From positions 3,348,001 to 3,412,000 of the forward strand of contig CATNEN010000005.1 in NCBI GenBank assembly GCA_950097015.1: a stretch of DNA of 64,000 nucleotides, given 5' to 3'. Below are positions 35,801 through 49,100 of this stretch, in pieces. Position numbers and translations under genes: made by a program. Below the pieces are notes generated by a model. The model ran no database searches. It saw nothing but the letters and a program-made list of their open reading frames with translations, and was not told where the DNA came from. The stretch is from Macrostomum hystrix (Eukaryota; Animalia; Platyhelminthes). Positions within the stretch are counted from its first letter, which is position 1, and each line of letters opens with the position of its first letter.

Positions 35801-38800
35801 TTGGTCCATCAATAATAAATTAAACTGCTTGTGTGTCTAGGTAGTAAAAATTTTGTCCAACACGAATCGGACTACATGGTAATTAAGTTATGTACTTTAT
35901 AAGGTTACTTTAATTGATCTCTGTACAAGTAAATGAGATAATCAAGCCTTAAAGGAAAATAAATCATTAAAAAATGGAAATTCATCGCATAAACAACCGT
36001 CAGCAAGGAGGTCAACGTAAAAGGCGTGGCGTCAGTACAATTCGCGAACTGCTAGATTTCAACAGACGCCTGGCAATGCTGGATCCTCCTATGCTGATGC
36101 TCGCTTCATCCCTTAAAGGCATCGAGCAGCGGCAGGTTTTGGACATAGACAACAAGCGTGCCGCATTGCTAACTGATCCTGCTGATCTGATAGCAAATTT
36201 TCTCGACAAAATGGACACCCCGGAGATGGATAGTGTCCGTTATTCTACTTCGCTAATATCATGCATACCAAACTTCACCAAGTAACAGATTAATCAGCAC
36301 ATCCATCACAGATAATAGTCTTTGTTGTCAAGAACTTTGAAATTTTAAGTCACATTCGAGTCACTATGGAAACGTTGTTAAACTATGTATATTTATCTGC
36401 GTTAAATCTTTATGCATATATTGCTATTCAGATCCAAGTTGTTTAAAATCGCTTGCTAAATAATAAGTATTGTTGGAGGGCTGCGGGCAATGGCACATCA
36501 TTTGGTGACACTAGACCAGCAGCCAGCGTGGAGGCAATTCTGCCCATTTCGCTGACTCCTGAGCACACACTCACACACACACACACACAGGTGTGTGTAC
36601 ATCTGCCCTGACTTTGCCAACGTCAGGCAGTGTACACTCTCACTTGTGCCTTGGAGATTGGCCCTCAAGGGAGTAAATTTCATAAGAAGTCCCTAAGCCT
36701 TCTCCCCGCGGCTGCATCCCAAACGAATGTGGCCTCGCAGCGGAATCGAGCTCAGGGACCTTGGTGCGAGAGGCAATCGCGTAAGACCGCTCTGACTCAA
36801 CCCCCAAATCACTTGCTTAGTCGCGTTTTGCACAAAAATAGATTAATTTACATCGGCATCAAGAAAATTGAAAAAAATTCTAACTTTTTTTTCAACATCA
36901 GGCAATAGACGAGCTGCTGGCCCACAATGCCAATGTCAACCTGGCCCTGTCTCACGGTGTTGGCAGCGCACTGTGCGCCACCTCCAACATTGCCTACGAG
37001 GATAAGCGCCAGCTGAAGGGTCGGCTTGATTTGGTGAGTTTCGATTGGCTGACCGATTAAGCTGGGTTTAATGATCGAGCAGTTCGTGTGCGTACATTTC
37101 CCTGATTCCCTACCGCGTCTACTACGCTCGTAAAACACCCAACCCCAGGCCCTAGTGTCCTATTTATAGAACTGAGCGCTGATTGGTTGAATTATCTATT
37201 CATTGATTTCCTACCCCCTGTGTAAGGCCCCCACCTCACGCCATTTTTTTATTCAATAACAATTAAAATATTCTGATCAAAACAGATTGATAAGCTCATG
37301 GACGCAGGCGCTGACATACTTCAACCGGTGGCTATTGGTGTCAAACGTCAGCTAGGCACGGCGGTTGATTACGGCTGGCAGTCTTACTACCTGGACAAGC
37401 GAGTCGCTTACACCCCGTACCACGCTTTAAATCCTGTTGAGAGGCAGGCCTTCCAGGATCGGAACGTCGTGTTGAAGCACCTGAGCAATCGACTGCGCGA
37501 GAAGGCGGTTGAGAGGGAACGAAAGAGACTGGAGGATGAGGAAGCCGACGGGCTTGTCAGTGAGTTTAAGAAAAATAGTGTATGCTGGGCTTTATACAGC
37601 TGAAGTTTTGTCTGACATAATATTTGACTCTGGATTTATATCCAGCTTGCCAGAGACCAAATCTTTGATCGAACCTATGCTACTAAAAATGATTCCTTCC
37701 AGATCGAAGCGACATGAAAGGTGATTCTTCACTTTTAGGCGCATTTTTCGTTGAGTTTATTCTCTTCAAACTGATTTATCCGAGCTTTATAAATCAAAAT
37801 TTATAATTTTATTCTTGAATCGTTTCTTAAAAGCAAAAATTGAATTTTGTTTTGTTTAAATTGTTTATTTTTCTTACTTTCATTTTCCAAGCTTTTTTGT
37901 TGGCTTAAATACGAGTAAAATCATAAGAACTGTATTCCTACAATAGACATCTAGTTCTCAGCTGTCTATCGTTCGTTATCTTTTGCCTTTCCGAATCTAA
38001 TTCGACATCTAATAAGTAAAAAAATCTGTGATTTGATATTCTTCTCCGACATTGCTCAGGTCGCGGACCTAGTGAGAACTTTGTGTACACCGGCGCAGGC
38101 GCTCCGCTACCCGGCACTCGCGACTCCGGCGACGAATTTCTGCGACAACAGGAAGTCATTGTTAGGTAAGGCGCAAATTGCTCTACTGAAAGTAGCAAGC
38201 GTTGAATCCTTTTAGGCAAACATTTCAAAAGTAAAAACTGCGAAAAAAAACTACGAATTTATTCTCTACACAAAATCAGCAACAAAAATTCATGGAAACT
38301 GACTTTCTTGCAGATTTAAAAATAGAAAAGAAAGGTTGGTTATTTCGCGCTAAAACTAATAAATAAGCTTCTCTGTACGAGTGTTATATTCTATATAGTT
38401 TCGGAGTTTTAAATGTAGTTTTAGTGTTAGTAAAACACTGTGTTGAACACATTAAATTGTTTATTTTCAATTTAATTTCGCATCCGGCTTTCATTTTCTT
38501 ACTCAGACATTTCTCTACAAGGAAATTTATGCTATATTCTGTCGTTACAAAGCAAACAAATTTTTAGTTTTAGCCAAGTTTGTATAATAATTTCTTTATC
38601 TCCCAGTTACGAACTCATTTCATACTGTGAATTTTAGTTCTTTCAAATAATACTTTCTAGCGCAACTTCAGTTCAAGGAACTTATGTATGACTAAAATGT
38701 ATTTACGACTATCCATTCTTAAAACTGTTTTCATTTGCTGACAGATCCTCAGGACCTTCATCCCCTCCCCCTGATCTCCAGATCCCCAGGACCTTCATCC

Positions 38801-41800
38801 CCTCCCCCTGATCTCCAGATCCCCAGGACCTTCATCCCCTCCCCCTGATCTCCAGATCCCCAGGACCTTCATCCCCTCCCCCTGATCTCCAGATCCCCAG
38901 GACCTTCATCCCCTTCCGCTTGATCTCCAGATCCTCAGGACCTTCATCCCCATTCCTGATCTCCAGATCCTCAGGACATTCATCCCCTTCCCCCTGATCT
39001 CCAGATCCTCAGGACCTTCATCCCCATTCCTGATCTCCAGATCCTCAGGACCTTCATCCCCATTCCTGATGTCCAGATCCTCAGGACATTCATCCCCTTC
39101 CCCCTGATCTCCAAATCCTCAGGACCTTCATTCCTCCCCCTGATCTCCAGATCCCCAGAACCTTCATCCCCTCCCCCTGATCTCCAGATCCTCGACCTTC
39201 ATCCCCATTCCTGATCTCCAGATCCCCAGGACCTTCATCCCCTCCCCCTGATCTCCAGATCCTCTAGACCTTCATCCCCTTCCCCATTTACTTTGACCGG
39301 ATTGTACTAGCAATATAGTTTGCCAATTCTATTTTTCGGGATCAAGGCGTGTAAAAAATATTCTTTCACGCAACGATTAGATTCTTATTATTCCCAATGC
39401 TCCAGACGGCCCATCTTTAAGTACTGCTACGACTGCGGCCGTTCCGTTGGCGTCCGTCTTACGCCGTGCACCCGCTGCAAGGAGGTGTACTTCTGCAGCA
39501 AGGCCTGCAAGGTTCGAGCCTGGAACGACAGGCACAAGGACGAATGCCAGCGCGTAGGCGGCGGCGCCGGAGCCGCCAGTCGAAAAGCCGACGCCGGACG
39601 CATCGACAGTCCAACACCGGCGACGGACGCTGATCGAGGCCTGAGCAAGCCGAGAGTGCGCGACCTGAGCAAACACCTGGCTGAGCTGAGGCTGCGCAAT
39701 CCGATGAAGGGTCGGAGCAGGAGCGCTGTTGGTGCTGGCGCTGGAGGTGTGCGAGGATCTTAACTTTTCACGTGTCAATGTTTCAAATGGCTGATAGAGG
39801 TTTGGCTGAAAATCACCAAGCAAATGCTCAGTGAGAGTGTAATTCTGTTTGAAAACGAAAACGTCGGGAGTAGATGTACACACCTGTATGCGCTCAGGAT
39901 TCAGTGGATTGAGCAGAATTGCCTTCATGATGGCTGCCTTAGTTGATTAGTGATGCATTAGTTGATTAGTGATGCATTAGTTGATTAGTGATGCCTTAGT
40001 TGATTAGTGATGCCTTAGTTGATTAGTGATGCCTTAGTTGATTAGTGATGCTTTAGTTGATTAGTGATGCATTAGTTGATTAGTGATGCATTAGTTGATT
40101 AGTGATGCATTAGTTGATTAGTGATGCATTAGTTGATTAGTGATGCATTAGTTGATTAGTGATGCATTAGTTAATTAGTGATGCACTAGTTGATTAGTGA
40201 TGCATTAGTTGATTAGTGATGCATTAGTTGATTAGTGATGCATTAGTTGATTAGTGATGCATTAGTTGATTAGTGGTGCATTAGTTGATTAGTGATGCAT
40301 TAGTTGATTAGTGATGCATTAGTTGATTAGTGATGCATTAGTTGATTAGTGATGCATTAGTTGATTAGTGATGCATTAGTTGATTAGTGATGCATTAGTT
40401 GATTAGTGGTGCATTAGTTGATTAGTGATGCATTAGTTGATTAGTGATGCATTAGTTGATTAGTGATGCATTAGTTGATTAGTGATGCATTAGTTGATTA
40501 GTGATGCATTAGTTGATTAGTGATGCATTAGTTAATTAGTGATGCACTAGTTGATTAGTGATGCATTAGTTGATTAGTGATGCATTAGTTGATTAGTGAT
40601 GCATTAGTTGATTAGTGATGCATTAGTTGATTAGTGATGCATTAGTTGATTAGTGATGCATTAGTTGATTAGTGATGCATTAGTTAATTAGTGATGCACT
40701 AGTTGATTAGTGATGCACTAGTTGATTAGTGATGCATTAGTTGATTAGTGGTGCATTAGTTGATTAGTGGTGCATTAGTTGATTAGTGATGCATTAGTTG
40801 ATTAGTGATGCATTAGTTGATTAGTGATGCATTAGTTGATTAGTGATGCATTAGTTGATTAGTGATGCATTAGTTGATTAGTGGTGCATTAGTTGATTAG
40901 TGATGCATTAGTTGATTAGTGATGCATTAGTTGATTAGTGATGCATTAGTTGATTAGTGATGCATTAGTTGATTAGTGATGCATTAGTTGATTAGTGATG
41001 CATTAGTTGATTAGTGATGCCTTAGTTGATTAGTGATGCCTTAGTTGATTAGTGATGCATTAGTTGATTAGTGATGCATTAGTTGATTAGTGATGCATTA
41101 GTTGATTAGTGATGCATTAGTTGATTAGTGATGCATTAGTTGATTAGTGATGCATTAGTTAATTCGTGATGCATTAGTTGATTAGTGATGCACTAGTTGA
41201 TTAGTGATGCATTAGTTAATTAGTGATGCACTAGTTAATTAGTGATGCACTAGTTGATTAGTGATGCACTAGTTGATTAGTGATGCATTAGTTGATTAGT
41301 GATGCACTAGTTGATTAGTGATGCATTAGTTGATTAGTGATGCATTAGTTGATTAGTGATGCATTAGTTGATTAGTGATGCATTAGTTGATTAGTGATGC
41401 ATTAGTTGATTAGTGATGCATTAGTTAATTAGTGATGCATTAGTTGATTAGTGATGCATTAGTTGATTAGTGATGCATTAGTTAATTAGTGATGCATTAG
41501 TTGATTAGTGATGCATTAGTTGATTAGTGATGCATTAGTTGATTAGTGATGCATTAGTTGATTAGTGATGCATTAGTTGATTAGTGATGCATTAGTTGAT
41601 TAGTGATGCATTAGTTGATTAGTGGTGCATTAGTTGATTAGTGGTGCATTAGTTGATTAGTGGTGCATTAGTTGATTAGTGGTGCATTAGTTGATTAGTG
41701 GTGCATTAGTTGATTAGTGATGCATTAGTTGATTAGTGGTGCATTAGTTGATTAGTGATGCATTAGTTGATTAGTGATGCACTAGTTGATTAGTGATGCA

Positions 41801-43308
41801 TTAGTTGATTAGTGGTGCATTAGTTGATTAGTGATGCATTAGTTGATTAGTGATGCATTAGTTGATTAGTGATGCACTAGTTGATTAGTGATGCAATAGT
41901 TGATTAGTGATGCACTAGTTGATTAGTGATGCATTAGTTGATTAGTGATGCATTAGTTGATTAGTGATGCATTAGTTGATTAGTGATGCATTAGTTGATT
42001 AGTGATGCATTAGTTGATTAGTGATGCATTAGTTGATTAGTGATGCATTAGTTAATTAGTGATGCACTAGTTGATTAGTGATGCACTAGTTGATTAGTGA
42101 TGCACTAGTTGATTAGTGATGCATTAGTTGATTAGTGATGCACTAGTTGATTAGTGATGCATTAGTTGATTAGTGGTGCATTAGTTGATTAGTGATGCAT
42201 TAGTTGATTAGTGATGCATTAGTTGATTAGTGATGCACTAGTTGATTAGTGATGCATTAGTTGATTAGTGATGCACTAGTTGATTAGTGATGCATTAGTT
42301 GATTAGTGATGCATTAGTTGATTAGTGATGCATTAGTTGATTAGTGATGCATTAGTTGATTAGTGATGCATTAGTTGATTAGTGATGCATTAGTTGATTA
42401 GTGATGCATTAGTTAATTAGTGATGCACTAGTTAATTAGTGATGCACTAGTTGATTAGTGATGCACTAGTTGATTAGTGATGCATTAGTTGATTAGTGAT
42501 GCACTAGTTGATTAGTGATGCATTAGTTGATTAGTGATGCATTAGTTGATTAGTGATGCATTAGTTGATTAGTGGTGCATTAGTTGTATAGTGGTGCATT
42601 AGTTGATTAGTGATGCACTAGTTGATTAGTGATGCACTAGTTGATTAGTGATGCACTAGTTGATTAGTGGTGCATTAGTTGTATAGTGATGCACTAGTTG
42701 ATTAGTGATGCATTAGTTGATTAGTGATGCACTAGTTGATTAGTGATGCACTAGTTGATTAGTGATGCATTAGTTGATTAGTGATGCATTAGTTGATTAG
42801 TGATGCATTAGTTGATTAGTGGTGCATTAGTTGTATAGTGGTGCATTAGTTGTATAGTGATGCACTAGTTGATTAGTGATGCATTAGTTGATTAGTGATG
42901 CACTAGTTGATTAGTGATGCACTAGTTGATTAGTGATGCATTAGTTGATTAGTGATGCATTAGTTGATTAGTGATGCATTAGTTGATTAGTGGTGCATTA
43001 GTTGTATAGTGGTGCATTAGTTGATTAGTGATGCATTAGTTGATTAGTGGTGCATTAGTTGTATAGTGGTGCATTAGTTGATTAGTGGTGCATTAGTTGA
43101 TTAGTGGTGCATTAGTTGATTAGTGGTGCATTAGTTGATTAGTGGTGCATTAGTTGATTAGTGATGCATTAGTTGATTAGTGATGCATTAGTTGATTAGT
43201 GATGCATTAGTTGATTAGAAAAATATGTTAACACGCTCACATTGAATTACAGGCGGCACGGATTCGAGTCCAAACTACGCCAACGGCAAACTGCCACCAA
43301 TTAAAGGT

Positions 43309-43349
<41 letters not shown>

Positions 43350-43566
43350 TCGAGCACTGTTCAACCGCAAACTGATGCAGGTAGGAAAGGCAAACGGTGG
43401 CGCCAACGCCTCCCTGCCGGAGGGCGTGTCCTACCAACTGTGCAACGGTCGCTACATTCTGGTTGACGCACTCGGCCGACCACTACGCGGGCCGCACTAT
43501 CAGCAGCTGCTGCTAATGGGTGTTGGCGGCGAAGCCGGACCTATTGAGAACTATAGCTTCGAGTGA
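29878..43566 (+). CDS. ANKMY1: Ankyrin repeat and MYND domain-containing protein 1 (MORN repeats, ankyrins, MYND finger), 13 exons, ~1306 aa
   Basis: Exons 29878-30079, 30155-30249, 30358-31070, 31698-31980, 32562-32855, 33301-33944, 34040-34454, 35381-35488, 36902-37033, 37286-37559, 38060-38165, 39406-39746, 43253-43566 (3921 nt, phases consistent). MORN repeats (YxGxW..G.G), ankyrins, [38 protein letters not shown]-terminal ENYSFE. Confidence 0.92.
32150..32420 (+). mobile_element. SINE family A copy (degraded)
   Basis: Matches the body and tail (GATGTG...CCGCAGCCCTC) of the 59065 copy. Confidence 0.85.
32955..33228 (-). mobile_element. SINE family A copy with internal deletions
   Basis: GGAGGGCTGCGGGCAATGGCAC tail through GAGGCAAACGCG head. 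Confidence 0.85.
34654..34914. mobile_element. Old MITE with ~70-bp imperfect inverted ends
   Basis: TTCTTGGAAAAT...CATTTCACGT versus ACGTGAAAATG...ATTTTCCAAGAA. Confidence 0.6.
36474..36812 (-). mobile_element. SINE family A, near full length
   Basis: Same family as 59065 and 60660; B box retained. Confidence 0.9.
38743..39285. repeat. 37-bp minisatellite (CAGATCCCCAGGACCTTCATCCCCTCCCCCTGATCTC) in ANKMY1 intron 11
   Basis: Tandem periodicity. Confidence 0.95.
39945..43218. repeat. 19-bp satellite (GCATTAGTTGATTAGTGAT), ~170 units, in ANKMY1 last intron
   Basis: Highly homogeneous tandem array. Confidence 0.98.
43309..43347 (+). repeat. (CAG)13 encoding polyQ in ANKMY1 last exon
   Basis: In frame within exon 43253-43566. 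Confidence 0.9.
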
Positions 43567-44344
43567 CAGATTTGAGGTTTCCTATATTTTTACTCAGACA
43601 GTAAATTTATTTAATATCCGTGTCTTATTGGTGTCTGTCATTTTTATTGTGCGATAGACGTTTCTGTCGAAGCTTTACTTCATGCGCGAATTGTAAAGTA
43701 GTAGGGACGGGAGGGTTAAGCCCACACTTTTGACCATAGAGTAAGTAACACAGAATTAGGAAAATGATTGTCAAAGGCTTTTCTGCTACTTAAACATTCC
43801 TAGAAGCGAGCCCAAAAGTTGTCTATGGCATTAAAGATCGTATTTTTTCCGGTCGAGTATGTCGATTTTTTCTTTATTCTGTAACTTTCAGATTTAAATT
43901 TCGTTAAAACTACATTTTTGTGGATTAAAAACCGTTTCAAATGCTGTTTTCAAGTTGATTTGTTATCTATTTGTTTCCTTCTCTGTGTACACTAATTTTG
44001 AATTTGATGCTATTAGCAATTCTAACTAGACTGCTGATTTCTATAGAAGTCCTTAACTTTCAATTTTTTTTCGTTGCTATTTGTCACCTTGTGGCGTACT
44101 GCTGTGAATGAGCACTGCTGAGATTTTTCCACTTTTTGTCGATTTTTTTATATTTTATGTTGCTTTCATAGAGGCTGATCTTTATTTTCGAATTGAAACT
44201 TTTTTGTTTGTCTGATTGAATGTTTTGATAACTTCGATAAGTACAACGTTTTTAATGCTGGATTTTTACTTGACTCAAACATGCTTGCTAAAATGCAAAT
44301 AAATAATATTAGGGACAAAAGTAGACAATTAGTACGCGGAGAGT

Positions 44345-45270
44345 GATCCTCAGGACCCTTCCTCACCTTCTCTGAGAGATCCTCAGGACCCTTCATCCCC
44401 TTTTCTGAGAGATCCTCAGGACCCTTCCTCACCTTCTCTGAGAGATCCTCAGGACCCTTCATCCCCTTTTCTGAGAGATCCTCAGGACCCTTCCTCACCT
44501 TCTCTGAGAGATCCTCAGGACCCTTCCTCACCTTCTCTGAGAGATACTCAGGACCCTTCCTCACCTTCTCTGAGAGATCCTCAGGACCCTTCCTCACCTT
44601 CTCTGAGAGATACTCAGGACCCTTCATCACCTTTTCTGAGAGTTACTTTGGACCTTACATCCCCTTTTCTGAGAGATCCTCAGGACCCTTCCTCACCTTC
44701 TTTGAGAGATTCTCAGGACCCTTCCTCACCTTCTCTGAGAGATCCTCAGGACCCTTCCTCACCTTCTCTGAGAGATAGACCCTTCCTCACCTTCTCTGAG
44801 AGATCCTCAGGACCCTTCCTCACCTTCTCTGAGAGATACTCAGGACCCTTCCTCACCTTCTTTGAGAGATTCTCAGGACCCTTCCTCACCTTCTCTGAGA
44901 GATCCTCAGGACCCTTCCTCACCTTCTCTGAGAGATCCTCAGGACCCTTCCTCACCTTCTCTGAGAGATAGACCCTTCCTCACCTTCTCTGAGAGATCCT
45001 CAGGACCCTTCCTCACCGTCTCTGAGAGATAGACCCTTCCTCACCTTCTCTGAGAGATCCTCAGGACCCTTCCTCACCTTCTCTGAGAGATCCTCAGGAC
45101 CCTTCCTCACCTTCTCTGAGAGATCCTCAGGACCCTTCCTCACCTTCTCTGAGAGATCCTCAGGACCCTTCCTCACCTTCTCTGAGAGATCCTCAGGACC
45201 CTTCCTCACCTTCTCTGAGAGATCCTCAGGACCCTTCCTCACCTTCTCTGAGAGATACTTTGGACCTTAC
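44345..45270. repeat. 33-bp minisatellite (GAGAGATCCTCAGGACCCTTCCTCACCTTCTCT)
   Basis: Tandem periodicity. Confidence 0.95.
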
Positions 45271-46197
45271 ATCACCTTCCTTAACTCTCGATTTTTTTAA
45301 CGCTCATCCTCTTTCTTCATCCCCTTTCTCTCTATCTAACTAATACCCGTCAAATTCTTAAAAATAATGAATCACATGCTCCCGATGGCACGTTTGAATC
45401 AATGATAACGAAATGCTTGATTTCGTCAGAAGCGTGGACCCGCTAACAATGTTTCTTGATTATTAGTCTTTTCGCGACCTAACCGCTTTAATTACATAAA
45501 ATTCCGTTACTATTATTATTTGTTTCTAAACAATTATTATGTCAGCTTATGTGCGAATGTACTTAAATATAGGTACTTTTCTACCTAGAATTCGCTTCTC
45601 AGTAAAGCAAAATATAAACTCGATATTCAAACACTGTTCTGCTTTTGCTTCGACAAATATTAACAAAGAATCTATATCCTAGTGCTTAAGGGTCTCTGAG
45701 CAGAACATTTTGTTGAATTATTTTCGACTTTCACCAGAGAAATTTCGGCAGTCACATTGTGGCTAGCAACTGGTTGGTTGTGTTTCATAATCAGCTTGCT
45801 TTCGTCATAGGTAGTCTCCTAGTCAGACCAGCCTGAGCTGATTGTATCATAAAGTGGCCTAACTCGACTTTATCTGTGCGTTCAACACTTTTTATGGTGC
45901 CTATCAAATCGACAGTCGCACAGTCCGCTAAAGGTTCCAACGCCAAAGGAAATGACAGCAAAAAATATTTAGCTGAATGAAAGTGTCTGCAGCATGGAGC
46001 TGAATCATGATAAGCTAAGGCTTATCAATTTTTGCGCGCTGTCGAGAAAAAATGTTGGATAAAAATCTGCTTAAACTGTAGCCAAGAAAGAGAAAATCGT
46101 GAGACAGGTAGAAAAATCGGCGCACAATCGAGCTCGGACTGCCTTCTTTTATAATTTTCTGTCAGAAAACTCGGATCAAAGCGACTAAGCCTCTCAT

Positions 46198-49100
46198 ATG
46201 ACAACAGAGGCGTCGAAATTCTTTGTGCCAGTTCTGCTGGTCGTAGCACTGCTCAGTCCGCTTGTACTAGCTCAGCAAAACTGTCCGTCATCGGAGTGGA
46301 TCGAGAACGGCGACTTCTGCTACCTCCTGGTCAAGGGAGCGAACGGAAGGACCTTCGACCAGGCGAGGACAGACTGTCAGAGTCGGGGAAGCGGCTCTGA
46401 CCTGCTGTGGATCTCGAGTGAAGGTGAGCTAAGCTGGTTCCAGGACTACAGCGCCAGGCAGTGGAACATCAAGCGAGACTGGAGTCAGTGCTCGGACTGC
46501 GTGAAGAACATCGAGGCCGCCTGGATCGGCGCCTACAGAAGCGACACGGGAATTTTCAAATGGACTATAGACGACAAGGCAGTTGAAGTCAAATTGTAAG
46601 TTCCGCAGATTCGTGACTGCATTTCTAATTTCAGGCTAATAACAAAATGTGATACTTGAATCTAGTTTCAAATTTCATACTCCGAACGTGCGTGTGTTAT
46701 CTTCAAAGCTTTGAAAAAAAACTTCAGAAATTGGTGGCTGTCACAGCCAAAAGAATGGCCGGCAGACTATGTGCTCGCATACGACTCTGGCTCTCAAATG
46801 AGGTACCGCACGGAGACCAAGGGCGCGGACAGGAAGTTCTGGCACTTCTGCAAGGTGCAGCACAGAGAGCCCACGACGTCCACTCCGATGTCGACTACCA
46901 CGCTGCCTCCGTACCTGGGCCCGTGTCCAGCGAGGGACTGGACGGAGCAGGGCGACTCCTGCTACCTGCTGGTAAGAGGCGACACCGGACGAGGCGTTGA
47001 CGAGGCGGCTAGAGACTGCTCAAGCCGGCATCCGCAAGCCGGTCTGTTGTGGATCGAGTCAGCCGAGGAAGCGGCTTGGGTGACGGACAACTCGAAGGCG
47101 GCCTGGAACCTGAAGAGGGACTGGGCTCAGTGCAGGGACTGCCAGTCGGACTCGGCTGCGTGGACGTCGCTGAGGCGGAGCGGCGGAGTCTGGGGCTGGG
47201 GAGACAAGACCGGCATCGACCAGTCCTCCATGTGAGTGTCTGCCGCTGTCGGTCTTGGTGTAATTTTCTGCCCATGCAATTTTAGCCTTCTCAACTTTTG
47301 ACTCTCCCCATTTTCGCATTCAGCAACTGGTTCGTCGGCCACCCGAGAGACCCCCCGAACGACTTCGGCTCCCTGTACGACAGCGGCACCAGCCAGCAGC
47401 TGAGAGTGAGAAGTGAGAATGCTACATCGAAGATGTGGCACATCTGCAAGTTCAGGTTCAGGGCCAACACTGCAACAACCGTTCTAACAACATCAACTGA
47501 GCCATCGACAGTCACCAGTGTGTCCACGTCGGCACCCACGACCACTGCGTACGACGGAGCTTGTCCGTCATCGGAGTGGATCGAGAACGGCGACTTCTGC
47601 TACCTCCTGGTCAAGGGAGCGAACGGAAGGACCTTCGACCAGGCGAGGACAGACTGTCAGAGTCGGGGAAGCGGCTCTGACCTGCTGTGGATCTCGAGTG
47701 AAGGTGAGCTGAGCTGGTTCCAGGACTACAGCGCCAGGCAGTGGAGCATCAAGCGGGACTGGAGTCAGTGCTCAGACTGCGTGAAGAACATCGAGGCCGC
47801 CTGGATCGGCGCCTACCGAGACGTGGCTTTGGATCAGTTCAAGTGGCTGCAGAATGGGCTGGCTCTGGGAGTTACCTTGTGAGTTAATTACCGGTGCCCT
47901 GAGTCTGACGCAAAAATATTTTATTGTTTTCACGAAAGCTTTTATAATTGGACATGGACTTCTAAGAGCTAGATCATGGAATGAATGGTTCTAGTGGTCC
48001 TTTAGGTTTAAACTATAGGTAATGCCGAACACTATTATATCATTTGTACTCCCCGGAGACGAGTGGCAGAGCGTTCAAGACGTTTCCTGACCCTTTTTCC
48101 GCGTTGAGTTCACATTTATTGGGGCCCTGCCGGGATAGAAGGCTTGGTGGCTTGTCGTACAGTAGACCCGCAATCAGCAGAGGCAATTTTTCCGAATTAG
48201 CTGACCCCTGAGCACACGAGAACTGTATCGGATCACACACTTACACAAGCATGTACAACTGCCCTGACTTTCCTTTGGCCAGGCAGTGTATACTTTTACT
48301 GCGCCTTGAAGATTAGTCGTCAAGGGCGTTGTGTCACTAAATGTTGTGTTATTGTCCACAGCTTGCCAAAATATTTATATTGCTGGATATCCAGGTATGT
48401 TTTGGTCTTTTTAAATGTTGGGCACATTAGTATTGCAGCTTTACAGGCAGGAAAGAATATATAAAACTGTATTTCGCTGCATTGTTTGCAGGACAAAAGA
48501 AACAAAAATATCAGAATACCTAAGTCGTGCACAAAAAGTTGATAAAAACATTTATATATTTTTTAATTGAAACGGTGAAACAGAATTTCACGACGTGTCA
48601 GATGGACCACATAAGCTGAATTTAAATTTTATACAAATAGCTTCTAATTTTTCAAACGTTTTTTAGCTTTTGTAGAAGAAGGTGTGCCTGAATGCTCTGA
48701 AAGAATTCGTGATGAAGATTAATACAAACAAAGCAATAAAAAACCAATTTCCTATTCAAGAGACTGGTGGCTCGGTCACCCGAGAGGAACACCTGCTGAT
48801 TTTGTCATCGCTGACGACACGGGCTCTCAAATGAGGTACCGCTCGGAGACCAAGGACGCGGACAGGAAGTTCTGGCACTTCTGCAAGGTGCAGCACAGAG
48901 AGCCCACGACGTCCACTCCGATGTCGACTACCACGCTGCCTCCGTACCTGGGCCCGTGTCCAGCGAGGGACTGGACGGAGCAGGGCGACTCCTGCTACCT
49001 GCTGGTAAGAGGCGACACCGGACGAGGCGTTGACGAGGCGGCTAGAGACTGCTCAAGCCGGCACCCGCAAGCCGGTCTGTTGTGGATCGAGTCAGCCGAG

